Origin: Yuukianura sp. NJ FZ-2021 | Taxonomy: Eukaryota | Length of the DNA stretch: 64,000 nucleotides | Direction: 5' to 3' | Assembly: GCA_046563655.1 (NCBI GenBank) | Contig: CM102287.1 | Coordinates: 9,548,001 to 9,612,000, forward strand | Shown: piece after piece, positions 62,446-64,000 of the stretch | How positions within the stretch are numbered: the stretch's first letter is position 1 | Layout: every line of letters starts with the position of its first letter | The notes under the pieces: generated by a model | Databases searched by the model: none | What the model was told of the DNA's origin: nothing | Seen by the model: the letters and a program-made list of their open reading frames with translations, nothing else | Made by a program: the position numbers and the translations under genes

Positions 62446-64000
62446 CTATTCGCCTTCAGGGATAGTCAAGTAAAATTTTCCTCTTGCACTGAAATTTCAC
62501 ACAAAATTTTCAAAATTGGAGTAAAAAGTAATGTTTTTCCAGTTGAAAAATCGTTTCCGATCAAAAACTTACGTGAAATCAGTGAATTCTCCCATTTTGA
62601 CCCCAAGGTCACCACTGCAAGTCCCTCTCTTGTAAGTGGCATAGTCCGCACAAGGATGGCCTAAGTACACCTTCCCCAGAATAGTCTTGCTGTAGTAGTC
62701 GGGTGCCTTAATGTGGCTACACGCTCCTGCAAATTAGCAAATCACATCATTTTGGCAAAAAATTTGCAAATTACGAAATAAAGTCATTTTTGCAAAAAAT
62801 TAGCAAACCTATGCAAATTTTTGCAAAATGCTGCAAAAATAACTTTTTAACTGCAAAGAACTGAAGGGACTTACCCATGACCTCTCCAACGACAGCGAAT
62901 GAACAACCAGGTTGATTCTCTCCTGGAATTTCCAAAATTCAAATTTTGTGTTAAAATCTTAAATTTTCATGAAGGAAAGACAGTTTTTGTGAGGTCAAGG
63001 TCACTTACCTCCGTTGGGGTAAAAATCCACATGACCCGATTGTATGGCAGTTCCAAACGACCTTACGCTGGTTCCCATGTTAGTGTGAATCACATCTACA
63101 AATGCACCGTCTCCAGGGTCAAGTCGACTTTCAAGTGACACCGAGGGGTCACTGAATCCTGGACCGGCGGGGTCAAGGCCTAAGGTCAAGTTAATCACTA
63201 ATTAGTTAAAGTTAAGATGAAGTTAAAGTTAAGTTGACCTTTACCTGTGACACGACCAACTTGTTCATTCAGAAACTGAGCAGCATAGTACGATCCGATG
63301 CCAGCGACATGCGCACCCAGACTAAAACCTACGACATGCACATCCGACAAATTTTTGACGTAGTTGTCAGTTGGATTGCGTAGAAAGATGAGTAGTTCTG
63401 CGACATAAAGTCCCACTTTCTCAGTGTTATTTGCAGACAGGAAGTAGTTGGTCTGACGAGCAAGGTCGCGCCAGTCCACAAAAATCAAGTTTTCTTGTCG
63501 TCCTGCCTCGATGTAAGCTAAACACAAAGGTTAAAATTTAGGCTAGATAGTTAAAGTTAGATTAAAGTTTGACCTTTGACCTCTGAGACTAACCTCGAAT
63601 GATTGCTTTCGTTACAGACAATGGACTGTCGGTAGAATCTTCTGTGTATCCGTGAATCACTATGATCGTTTTCTCATCTTTGTTCCAATTGGAGTTGGCG
63701 AAAGTTTGCGGGTCACTTGGGGTCAACACTTGCTCTTCGTAGTTACTGAAAATCAAAATTTTCAAAAATTAGACTTGAAATTTTAGTTTGACCTTTTTGC
63801 GTTCATACTTTCTGCTGTTTTTCTTACTTTTTGTTGTTTTTGCCATACTTTTTGCTGTTTTTGACTTACTTTTTGCTGTTGTAGTAGTGGAATGAGGTGG
63901 CATTGTGTACTTCCGCCGTCACATTGGACAGTCCCCAGCCCTTGGAGAAGTCTATAGTGTTCTTAAGGGACAAGGGGTCAATCTTGAGTCCAGAAAGTCC
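62446..64000 (-). CDS. Pancreatic lipase / PLA1 family lipase (copy 2, tandem paralog; 5' end beyond the window)
   Basis: Same exon structure and motifs as copy 1 ([25 protein letters not shown]); stop at 62446. Confidence 0.88.

Noticed and set aside
1..64000. CRISPR arrays, rRNA, intact tRNA or prokaryotic operons
   Set aside because: None seen; the window is spliced eukaryotic DNA and its repeats lack repeat-spacer structure.

Overview
Eukaryotic, intron-rich, AT-rich animal DNA. It is probably an arthropod, judging from the Ci-type Gli with an MPEK start, the TATA/TCATT promoter and CCTAA repeats; the taxon cannot be fixed from the sequence. Left to right: a NAB corepressor gene (+), a secreted Gly/Tyr-rich peptide gene with micro-exons (-), a TMEM272-like 4-TM gene (-), two tandem GH31 MYORG/tobi-like glycosidases (-), a MIC19/CHCHD3 gene (+), a 12-exon cubitus interruptus/Gli gene (-, about 1425 aa) with a large non-coding domain, several non-autonomous DNA elements, and two tandem pancreatic-lipase-family genes (-). 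The most interesting object is an apparently full-length, young RLE-type (CRE-like) non-LTR retrotransposon inserted into the 3' UTR of the first lipase. Its single ORF has an RFX-type winged-helix DNA-binding domain N-terminal to the reverse transcriptase, where zinc-finger/Myb modules are usual. Exon coordinates were derived by hand from GT/AG sites and phase consistency. Family calls rest on recalled motifs, not database searches.
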